Part shown: positions 50,002-64,000 of the stretch, piece after piece
How the letters are laid out: every line of letters begins with the position of its first letter
Numbering within the stretch: position 1 is the stretch's first letter
From: the human T2T-CHM13v2.0 reference genome, Homo sapiens
NCBI RefSeq assembly: GCF_009914755.1
Contig: NC_060938.1
Strand: one strand, 5' to 3'
Length of the DNA: 64,000 nucleotides
Program-made: the position numbers and the translations under genes
The notes under the pieces: model-generated
What the model was told of the DNA's origin: nothing
The model's input: only the letters and a program-made list of their open reading frames with translations
Databases searched by the model: none

Positions 50002-50143
50002 CAACCAGGCATCCAGCCCTGAAAATGACGTTCCAGACTCGATCTTGTCACCCCAGGGCCAAAATGGAGATAAGTGGCAATATCTGCATCATGAACTCTC
50101 ATCAAAAATAAAGCTCCCACTCCCTCAGCTTGTGGAGCCTCAG
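50002..50143 (+). CDS. SYNE2: nesprin-2 exon 18 of window, (S)NQASSPEN...LVEPQ
   Basis: ttcttcaaaag| ... CAG|gtcagt; 142 bp, phase 2 to 0, restores frame. Confidence 0.9.
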
Positions 50144-50289
50144 GTCAGTCTGTATCTACATGGTGCAAATAGCCTGTTTATCTTTGAAAATCCAACAAGC
50201 ATTCATTAAATAAACATGTATATTCTCCAGAAAGCAAAGTTGCCAAGTGAGTTTTTTACTTGGCTGATACATTTTCTTGATCTTGGAAA

Positions 50290-50833
<544 letters not shown>

Positions 50834-51607
50834 TTAAAAACTATACAGCGCTACAATGAGTGTCATTCATTCATCAGAAAATTCTTTGGAATCTACCATG
50901 TGCCAACGCCTGTGCCGATGGCACTGGCCAATCGGTGTTCCCTGTGATTGGCCCTCCTTATCACTGCCGTCACAGGCTCTATCAGGCTGGCTTGCTGTGT
51001 CAGTCACTACTGTCTCTCTCCAGACAGGGAGCAGGTGAGCAAAACAGCCCCACTGCGCACAAGGCAGGCTTCTGCCTTCCACCACATACTCACATTGCCT
51101 GGGCAAAGGTTACCCGTGATTTCCCAATTTCCCAGTCTGATAGGACTTCTCAGCTGTCCTCTTTCCCGCTAAGGACCTTATTTGACCAATTAAAGTTCAA
51201 TCAAACTCATCAGTTGGCCCTTAACCTTGGTTTCTCCATATTACACTGTAACGTGTACATAGGTCTCTTGCAAACAGGAGAACTCCACTCATTATTAGTT
51301 CTTTCCCCAAGCAGAGTCATCTACCACCTCACCCTGTTTCATTTTATTTGTCAGCTTTCCAGTTTGAGAAAGGAGCTAATTCTGAATCATTCACCCTTCT
51401 GAAATCACAGCTCATTTTCAGTACTTATTTAGCTTTTCAATAACAAATCAAGATGCAAACCCATCCCTTAGAAGAGACTTGAATTCTATTCTAATAGTTG
51501 GCTGTGTCAAAAGTAAACTGGTAAATAAGCAGCTAGCCCTGTAGCGTGAATGTTGTTATTACTAAACTGAAAGATTAATGATTTCACACACACACACACA
51601 CACCACC

Positions 51608-52239
<632 letters not shown>

Positions 52240-52436
52240 TTTCCTCTCATTTTGATATCTAAATGAAACCTCAAGTATCTAAATATAACTAGTCATGACT
52301 TTTCAAAGCTGTCCAAAATATTAAAACTTAATTGTTTTTTCTTATAAATGGCAAGATAGACAAAAATGTTCACCAAGAAAGTGGCTCAGAAGACAGCATG
52401 CTAAGGCATCTTTTTCTATTTAAATTAATATCAGCA

Positions 52437-52739
<303 letters not shown>

Positions 52740-52794
52740 TTAACATCAGCAGGGTCTAAAACTGTCAGTAATAGGGTTTTCCTTTGTCAAATAG

Positions 52795-52926
52795 GTTTCC
52801 ACAAATATGGGTATTCTACCCAGCGTGACTATGTATAACTTTAGATACCCAACAACTGAAGAACTGAAAACCTATACCACCCAACTTGAAGACCTGCGCC
52901 AAGAAGCAAGTAACCTTCAGACACAG
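52795..52926 (+). CDS. SYNE2: nesprin-2 exon 19 of window, VSTNMGIL...NLQTQ
   Basis: caaatag| ... CAG|gtagaa; 132 bp. Confidence 0.91.
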
Positions 52927-54042
52927 GTAGAAGCTGCACACAATGTGTTTTCCTCATTGTAATAACATAAACAAAGGAGATATCATCATTGTGACTTGGT
53001 CATAATTGTCGTCACTGAACAAGTCATGGAACACATAATGGAATGGGTCCTAGGATTGCAAATTGAATTGATCTTGCTTGCCAACTCTAATATATTTTGT
53101 AGTGGTTCCCTAGGGACTGTGTGCAAAGGATTCTGAGTCCAGGATCAGCAGGAAAGAGGATCATGATTGATGAGTGCCGTCTGCAGTGGTGATCTGGGAT
53201 TGGAAGGGTGAAGAGGAGAGTAGGGAGGGAGTATAGGCATGGTTTTCAACCCTGAGCAGACTTAATACTGAGGTAATTAATGCTAGGTTATGTGAGGTGT
53301 CTATCAGAGAAGATAGTAGGAGACAGGGCCCAAGTTGGAGTGATGACTAGCTATGGCATGCTCCTAAACTACTTATAACTGTTCAAGAATTCAGGGTAAC
53401 TGTGGGTAAAGAAAAAGAGGTGGCCCCAGCAGCTTATGCTAAAACAGATCTGTGGCTCCCAGACTCACCAGGCGCAATGCATGACACTGGGGACGTGCTT
53501 GGAGTCATACACCTAAGCCTTGATTCTCACAATCGGCTCATAAATGACACTTTCCCCCTCCTCTGCAGCCTGCTCCTGTTTTTAAGACACTGTACCTCCT
53601 CTTTGTAATCAACCCCTTCAAGCTTCTCTTTTGTGACTTCTTTTCCTTCTCCCAGCTATACTTGATTTCATTAACCGCTTTCTCCTACATTAGAATGTGG
53701 AGGGTGGGAAACAGTGGTAAAGGAGACAGTGTAATTTATCTGGGACCACACTTTCACCTGGATCGCCCTGCTAAGGGATCCTTCATCTCATGATTTACCT
53801 TTTAGTTCCATGCAGTACTCAAATAACTACCTAACGTTGAGCTTCTTAAACTCATTTTTCTCCAAGTTTAACATCGTAAGTTTATTTATTTGTTCTGCTA
53901 CCTAGTTCACAAAGCGTTTGAAGCAACTTATTACAAAAGAAGCATAACATAAATCATAAACTATAATGGAAACTAGGCAAAATATAGGTCTAGGAAGGCA
54001 AAGGTATCTTAATTTTCTTTTTCTTTTTTCCTCTTGATTCAG

Positions 54043-54195
54043 GAAAATATGACAGAAGAAGCATATATCAATTTGGATAAAAAATTGTTTGAACTATTCC
54101 TGACCCTCAGTCAGTGCCTCAGCAGTGTGGAGGAGATGCTGGAGATGCCCAGACTTTACAGGGAGGATGGTTCTGGCCAGCAGGTGCACTACGAG
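54043..54195 (+). CDS. SYNE2: nesprin-2 exon 20 of window, ENMTEEAY...QVHYE
   Basis: long pyrimidine tract, ttcag| ... GAG|gtaggg; 153 bp. Confidence 0.93.
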
Positions 54196-54313
54196 GTAGG
54201 GCACTTCTCACGAGCCCATGTGTTGGCCATTACAGCAGCCCCGTGAGTTAAGCCCACGTGGAAGCCTCTTGAGGTCAGAGCTCATTCATTGTCTTCCTTC
54301 CTCTCCACTCCAG

Positions 54314-54523
54314 ACGCTGGCTCTTGAGTTGAAGAAACTTTATTTAGCGCTAAGTGACAAGAAGGGTGATCTTTTGAAAGCCATGACTTGGCCTGGCGAG
54401 AACACCAACTTGCTCCTTGAATGTTTTGACAACCTTCAAGTCTGCCTGGAGCACACTCAGGCTGCAGCTGTCTGTAGAAGCAAGTCCCTGAAAGCTGGCC
54501 TCGATTACAACCGCAGTTACCAG
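54314..54523 (+). CDS. SYNE2: nesprin-2 exon 21 of window, TLALELKK...NRSYQ
   Basis: cactccag| ... CAG|gtatga; 210 bp. Confidence 0.93.
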
Positions 54524-54692
54524 GTATGATTCCGAGCACACAGCCTATTTTGGCACTGTTTTAAGTTACAGCATGAACCCCTAATGCCTATTCCTATTCC
54601 TGGTGACATTTGTTAATAAGAATTGCTAAGGGAAATGATGAGACTCTTCTGTTTGTTGCTCATGGTTGGAGATCATTTGAAAGTGAAGCCCT

Positions 54693-55158
<466 letters not shown>

Positions 55159-55439
55159 GTAGAGTCTTGAGTAAGAATTTGTTAGGATGAGCTAAAATAA
55201 TGTTTCATTTCTTGTATTACATTTAGCCATTTAACAATTAAAATGGTGGGGCGGGGGAGGCATTTGTTTTTGTTTTTCTAGCTAGAGGGAGCCATTAAGG
55301 TTTTTGAGCTAAGGAATGACAATCCGTGTATGTTTCAGGTAGATTCCTCCAGCAGTTGTCTAAAGTGAATTGGAGAGGCAGAGACTCCAGGCAGGTAGAA
55401 GAGTTAGGAAGCTACTAAAATTATCTAATGAAAAAGAAA

Positions 55440-56110
55440 TGAAACCCAATACTATTTATGAATGAGGCTTGCCCATAAAAATCAAGCCTGAATCTGACCA
55501 AGCTGCTAGAATCCAAGTAAAACAGACACAAGAAAAGAAGAACAGGTTAAACAGCACACTGGGAGTGCAGTCTGCCAAATCCAGCCTGTGGGAAACTGTA
55601 CTGAACAAATGACCCATTTTTTCACATACACACATTCAAGAAACAAAAAAAGTGGTCAGGGATTCTGCAGGTTAAGAGAGATCTAAGATGTATTTATCCA
55701 TCATGACATGTGGACCTCATTTGGATCATCATTGAAACAAATCAAAAAGAAAAATTATAGGCAATTAGGGATATGTGAATTCTGTCTGGATAGTTAAATC
55801 ATATTAAGGAATTATTATTGATGGCAGGGGAGGAGTATGTTGGAGTAAAGAGAAGGATCTTTATCTTTTAGAAATATATACTGAAACGTATACTGATGAA
55901 ATGACTTGAGACCTGGGATTTGCTTCAAAATAGCCTGAAGGAAAGGAGATTAGGTACAGTTGAGAGCTGGAGGGAGGATGTAGAGGGAAGAAGGTCAGCC
56001 ATGAATCAATAATTGTTGAAGTTTAATGATGATAAAATGGGGATTTCTCTATTTTTGTATTTGTTTGAAATTTCTAGTGTCACAAAAATTATAAAAACCA
56101 ACTAAATATA
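55440..56110 (+). mobile_element. L1MC-type 3' fragment
   Basis: atattaaggaattattattg, tactgatgaaatg...ctgggatttgcttcaaaata motifs. Confidence 0.6.
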
Positions 56111-56167
56111 AAAAAAGATAATGAAGGCCTAAATGAGATTGCTCAGTTTCCGACATTTATCTTACAG

Positions 56168-56269
56168 AATGAAATAAAGAGATTATATCATCAGCTCATT
56201 AAGAGTAAGACATCTTTACAACAGTCTTTGAATGAAATCAGTGGGCAGAGTGTTGCTGAACAGCTTCAG
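56168..56269 (+). CDS. SYNE2: nesprin-2 exon 22 of window, NEIKRLYH...AEQLQ
   Basis: cttacag| ... CAG|gtaatc; 102 bp. Confidence 0.92.
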
Positions 56270-56707
56270 GTAATCAAGTCAAAATAATTCAGACTGACTT
56301 AACTTTGAACCACAGAGCTTTGCATATAAGCCGTGCTTCTGAACTACTTTCCTTTGTGAGCAGCAGCAAGGCTTAAGTAAATAAATAAAAAATGAGAACT
56401 ATTTATGTTGACTTTTTAAAAACATCTCCTAATTTTCTGAAGCACAATGTATTAAAACAAAAGGAGGCCATTTTCACTTATCAACCATGACAAAATGTGT
56501 ATGTCCAGTGTTGGTAAGGGTATTGGAAAATGAGACCCTCATCCTCTTGCCAGGGGAGCCCTGGGGATCCTTTGTCTGTATATCAGAATTTTAAACATGA
56601 ATACTCTCTCTTCCAGCAATAATTTGACTTCATGTATTTAGCAAATATTAATTGAGGATCCACTATGTTCCAGCACTGTTTGAAGTGCTGAACTTGTACT
56701 CCTCCTA

Positions 56708-57041
<334 letters not shown>

Positions 57042-57497
57042 AGTCATAAATATTTAAGGATGGACCCAGCAGCTCTGCTTGAATTAAAAACTGTATATAG
57101 CCCAAAAGTCCATTGAGAGCTGACTGATAACAAAAGCAGGGTACACCCTTACAATAGCATGCTGTGTGTCTGTTTCGAAGGAGCTAGATATGTGTATACC
57201 AATGTGAAGAGATGCTGAAGAGCTGGTGAGTGAGGAATGCTAACCGCAGGACAGAATGCTGTGGTGCAGTTCATTGAGTTTAGGGATATGCATGTCTACC
57301 CCTACTGGTATGGAGCATGTTAGGAACTTGGGACCTCTGGCAAGATTGTTAAGGAGAGCAGGAGGTGAGGGAGCGGGAGCTGGGATTTTTGCTTTTCCCT
57401 TCATCCCTTTCTGTACTATTTAATTCTTTTTAGATAACTATGTGTACTTCTCTGACTTACTGAAGGGTTTTCTTTTCTTGTATTGTCTCTCACTTAG

Positions 57498-57617
57498 AAA
57501 GCAGATGCATATACAGTGGAGCTGGAGAACGCCGAGAGCCGAGTGGCCAAACTAAGAGATGAAGGGGAGAGGCTTCATTTACCTTATGCTTTACTCCAGG
57601 AGGTTTACAAATTAGAG
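57498..57617 (+). CDS. SYNE2: nesprin-2 exon 23 of window, KADAYTVE...VYKLE
   Basis: cacttag| ... GAG|gtatgc; 120 bp. Confidence 0.92.
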
Positions 57618-57763
57618 GTATGCCTGAGCAGAAAACATTGACTCAGCACTGTGATTGTGAGGAGCCAGATCCTTTTCTTCCACCAGCAGAGTTTAGATTT
57701 GTCTTTCAGTTATTGCCCCGGTTGGATGAAAATGCATGTGTGCACCTGCTCTTCTCTTTTCAG

Positions 57764-57964
57764 GATGTACTTGACAGTATGTGGGGAATGCTAAGAGCCA
57801 GGTACACAGAACTCAGCAGCCCTTTCGTCACTGAGAGCCAGCAAGATGCTTTGTTGCAAGGCATGGTGGAACTGGTGAAGATTGGGAAGGAAAAGCTTGC
57901 TCATGGCCACTTAAAACAAACCAAAAGTAAAGTGGCGTTACAGGCTCAAATAGAAAATCACAAG
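57764..57964 (+). CDS. SYNE2: nesprin-2 exon 24 of window, DVLDSMWG...IENHK
   Basis: ctcttttcag| ... AAG|gtgaga; 201 bp. Confidence 0.94.
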
Positions 57965-58182
57965 GTGAGACAGACACATGGGTCGGGTGACCCCTTCATA
58001 GACTAAAATCTTAAGGTATTTCTGAATGTGAACAGAAAGGATCCATTTTTCTTCTTTGTTGAAATTTAAGCTATTCATTCTTTTAATAAACATCTATTAG
58101 AATGCTTAATGTGTACCAGGAACCCTGGTACATGCTAGGAATTTGGGTTATGAGTAAAAACAGACACAGTTCCTTACATTCA

Positions 58183-58659
<477 letters not shown>

Positions 58660-59273
58660 TTATTATGTAGTATAAGACTATAGTAAATCCTTTGATTTTT
58701 AAAATTCATTTCATTAAACAAAAACTTCTTGATCACCAACTAAAGATAAAGAGTAATCTAGGTGCTGATAATTAAAAATGTGTAGGACGGTTCCTACCTG
58801 AGGTAAGCTTATGGTCTAGCATTTGGAAGGTAGAGCTTAGTCTAAGAAAAATTGAAAGGTAAATATTGTATGAAGGATGGAGGGGAAGAGGAGAAAATAA
58901 TATTGATTATCTGCAGTGTGCTAGGCCCCTTGCTAGATGCTTTTATAAACGTCTCTATGTATATGTCCTTTTCAAGGCTTAGGAGAAGGGATTCACATAA
59001 TATGGAGGGATCCCTCCAGACAACTGTAAATGGAGAAGAACCATGTGAAATAAAGCCTTCCTCTTGAAAGGTTCTTGAAGTTCAAATACAAATACAGGAA
59101 GCTTTATGTCCAGGATTCCTATAAAGCAGCAAATTCCCTTTATTTAGTCATTCTCTTGAGTAGAAGTTAAAGCCAGGGTTAAGGAGACCTGTCTTTCGAA
59201 TATGTGGGTTGCTTGAGTTTGCACATCTGTCCATCCAACTTGTCTTGAAATTCATCAGCCACAGTGACATCTG

Positions 59274-59463
59274 TTTTTTGTTTGTTTGTTTTTGTTTTTG
59301 TTTTTGTTTTTTTAAGAGACACGGTCTCACTCTGTATTCCAGGCTGGAGTGCAGTGGTGTAATCATAGCTCATTGTAGCCTCGAGATCCTGGTCTCAAAC
59401 AATCCTCTCACTTCAGCCTCCTGAGTAGCTGGGACTATAGATGTGTGCCACCACACCTAGCTG
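59274..59463 (-). mobile_element. Alu right arm (J-type)
   Basis: TSD-like catct flanks. Confidence 0.8.
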
Positions 59464-59635
59464 GCATCTATCTTTTTGTAGCATTTAGACTCAAAACAAC
59501 TGATTTAGAAAGATCTATCTGGAAATTGAAATTGACAAAAATGTTTGTCATTTAAAATGGATTATTTAGTGGAAAATAACACCTAAGGGTAATACTTTAT
59601 AATTTGTTGAAGTTCCACTAGTGTTCAAAGACTGA

Positions 59636-59847
<212 letters not shown>

Positions 59848-59980
59848 AATTTGACTCTACACGGATGTCCTGGGATTTTGGATTTAAAACAAAAATAACT
59901 GGATATAAAGTTGAAGTAACTTGGTTTTTAAGAGTTTTCACAATTTCAAAGTAAATATTAAAACTTTCTCCATCTCATAG

Positions 59981-60154
59981 GTTTTTTTCCAGAAGCTTGT
60001 TGCTGACATGTTGTTGATCCAAGCATACTCTGCCAAAATACTTCCTTCTTTATTGCAAAACAGAGAGACATTTTGGGCAGAACAAGTAACAGAAGTTAAA
60101 ATACTAGAAGAAAAGTCACGCCAATGTGGTATGAAGCTGCAGAGTTTGTTGCAG
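59981..60154 (+). CDS. SYNE2: nesprin-2 exon 25 of window, VFFQKLVAD...QSLLQ
   Basis: ctcatag| ... CAG|gtattt; 174 bp. Confidence 0.91.
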
Positions 60155-60636
60155 GTATTTGGGTTATGTAAACGTTGTACTGAAGCTGGGAATTGCTGAT
60201 TTTCCATCACCACCCCAGGTGTTGAGAAGAAGTATCTAGTTATCATTAAGCTATAGTTAAATGGAAGCCTGACAGTGAGGAATGTGGACCCCTGCTCAGG
60301 TTCTGAGGCCGCTCCCTGAAGGAAAAGTTGGCTGGGATTTCTCATACATAGATTGGGGATGGTACTGCGTCTCTCTGCCTTTTAGGTTCATGTATGAATA
60401 AGCAAAACGATAAGCACTTTGAGACCTTGAATGAGATCATTTGGGTGAAACAGTTATTGGTTTAAAAACTGTACTTCTTCAAGAGAACAGGCCCAGATGT
60501 CCTAAAATGGATGACAATCTTGTCTAAACTCAAAGAAAAAAATAAGCATGCATAAAGCTCCTTCTCAGTTTTGAGGCATTCCCCTCACACCTTTCATAGC
60601 CAATGTTAGTACTTAAAGGAAATAAAATAGGAAGGA

Positions 60637-60951
<315 letters not shown>

Positions 60952-61784
60952 TTAACTTGATAGTGTAATATGGTGTTATTTTTTTTGCTAACAAAATTTA
61001 TTTTCTAGTTAGTGTGTCAAGTTGATATTTATAATATGTCATGGTATTTTTTAAAAAAGACTCCATGGACCCAGTGAGTGTTCTATAAAAGCCAAGTGAG
61101 CCACTATGTGAATAGATATGGAAAAGAGTGAGGTGGTTCTTTTCCTAACAGACAATGTTTGGAGTCAATAACTCAGCTCTGTGGTGTGTTGGGGTCCTCG
61201 GGGTGGGCATCCATGGAAACGGGGCAAGCTAAAAGATGACAAGACTAGGGCTAAGGCAGTTGTCCTCCCCTGATGAAGTGTAAGCCTATACTCCTCAAAG
61301 ACACCTTGAGCAGACCTATGCTGCAAGTGGCATGGGGGTTTGGTGGGCTTGGGCGTGGGCTTGGAGAGCAGGAGCAGCCTAATAGCTTCTGTTGAGTAAG
61401 GGTCTAAAAGTTAGCTCTTTCCCTTTCCTAATAAGAGAAAGGCTCTCTTGTGGCTCCAAGGTCTCTACGGAGTTGCTAAGAGTATCATTTTAACTTCATT
61501 GTATTACTCCTTTAGTCATGTTACCCAGTTTGACAAGACAAGCATAAAACACTAAATGCCAACTCAGATTCTTTTTAAACCTTGTCCTCAAAGGTGATGG
61601 AATTCTTTTCCATTAGATGCTGAGCGCTTACCAGGGTGGGGTTACGTCTCTCGAACACACCTGGAATCTGTGCTTTAATTTTGTATGGTCTTGGTGTTCA
61701 TTTTTGTTTTGTGATTAATTATGTTGTTATCTGGAACCAATCTGGTAAAGGGCTTCCACTAATTTTATGTCCTTGATTCTCTAG

Positions 61785-61916
61785 AAATGGGAAGAATTTG
61801 ATGAAAACTATGCATCTCTTGAAAAGGACCTGGAAATTCTTATATCTACATTGCCCTCTGTGAGTTTGGTGGAAGAAACAGAGGAAAGATTAGTGGAAAG
61901 GATTTCATTTTACCAG
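61785..61916 (+). CDS. SYNE2: nesprin-2 exon 26 of window, KWEEFDEN...ISFYQ
   Basis: ttctctag| ... CAG|gtattt; 132 bp. Confidence 0.93.
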
Positions 61917-62410
61917 GTATTTGTCTTCCATTTAAGTTATCAAAGGCGTGTCCATAGCACTTTGTGTTTTACATTTGTTTTGACTAAGTGGCTTGATTTG
62001 GAAGGTTTGAATTGAAACAAAATGTTCATCATACAACTCACTGTTGAATGTATTCAGGGAGACTACAGATTTGAATGTGAACTCCTTAGCATAACCACAT
62101 GTCTGGCTTGGGGGAGAGGACCTTGCTTGAGTCGTGGCTCCATCACTTATCACTTCTGTGACCTTGCTGTCCCTAAGCCTCAATTTCTTTATCTGTGGAA
62201 TGCAGATAATCGAGCCAATTCTACCTGTCTCTGGAAGTGAATGCCAGTGAGCTACTAGTATGGAAATGAGCTGAAGAATGGAAAGAACTTTGTCAGCCTT
62301 CGGCCTCTAAACATATATTTCGTTTTATTCCTACAGTGAAGTCCTGACTAGACGTAGCCCATAAGACAGACAATAATCTTACCTGTCACCAGCATTATAA
62401 AAACATCTCA

Positions 62411-62731
<321 letters not shown>

Positions 62732-63723
62732 TTAAACTTTTTTGTGTAACTTTTTGCGTTGTTATCATCTGTCTCTGTGTCTCTAATTTTGGTGCGAAAG
62801 AAAAGATAAAACCTCAAAATAGTTTTCAAGTGACATTGAGAACATGACCAACAAGATAAAAACAAGTTTTAAGTCTTCTCACCAGGAACTTAAAATTCCT
62901 AGTTTTAACTTTAGGATATATGCCGTCAGAATCTGAGTTGTGCGGCTAGAGGCAGTTATGAAATATCAACTTTAAAACCTCAAAAGCACATTTATTGCCT
63001 GAATGAACTAGTTGGAAAATGAAAGCAGGAAATAATTCCAGGGTTCTCTTTTCCATGGAGGTATTTTAACCTCTATAAGGAACATTTTCCAGAGGCTGGG
63101 ACACTGTATTTATACTCCCTAGATGCCTGGAAAGCTACAGTTGGTCTCATTGCCGCCTTATTAATTATATTGAGCCTAACTCTAAGGTAAATCTGAGTCC
63201 TCTGGGGTGGGTGGGAGTGGGGGTGATGAGAGTACTGTTTAGCTCTTTGTTAGTCTAGGGATACAGAAGGTATCATCTAAACAGCTGAAAGAATGCAGAT
63301 GAGAACAGTATTTTAAGGCTTATTATTTTAAGCAACAGTCTAATATTAGCCAACCTAATATGAGTGTGATTGTTTTCTCCAAAAGTGACCATATCTGTTA
63401 AAATGTGTGATTCTATTACATTTGAAATATTAAAAAGAAAAAAATTGTTCTAAGACTTTTAAATAAATTTGCCAGACTAAAGAAGACATATCCTGTAAAG
63501 CCCATCTCACATATGGACTTCATAGGCCATTCTCAGTTCAGAATCAAGGAAAGGTTTGTGTGAGTCTGACAGATGTTGTCATCTTGATCAGCCGTCGTCT
63601 GTGGGGCATGGAACCTAGGAGTCAGTTGTCTGGCCTTTGAAGTCAACAAACCTGTGTTCAAATGCTGGCTCAGCCTAGTTACTCGTGCACAGACTGTATC
63701 CCATGCATACAATCGGTGAATTA

Positions 63724-64000
<277 letters not shown>

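Noticed and set aside
50860-51402. 180-aa ATG ORF
   Set aside because: No recognisable domain, starts in L2-like sequence, no splice or polyA support; likely chance

Overview
Human (primate) genomic DNA, Alu-rich, from the middle of SYNE2 (nesprin-2, chr14). On the + strand 26 GT-AG exons (1701 to 61916) splice into one stop-free frame of about 1,317 codons: spectrin-repeat rod plus two Ser/Glu/Pro-rich linkers. From recalled landmarks (W4001, S4108) this is about residues 3566-4882, roughly exons 53-78. The most notable hidden feature is on the - strand inside a SYNE2 intron. An MLT1 LTR-derived exon (12775 to 12640) translates to the C-terminus I recall for estrogen receptor beta isoform 3 (ESR2). 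Its likely polyA signal comes from the host L1 3' end. Also on the - strand is the MADE1-derived MIR548H1 hairpin. Introns hold about 45 Alu/FLAM copies, a 5'-inverted L1PA with a 20-bp TSD, MaLR/ERVL LTRs and nested DNA transposons. I found no CRISPR, prokaryotic or wholly new system. Gene, isoform and repeat names come from recognition, not database search. Repeat boundaries are approximate.
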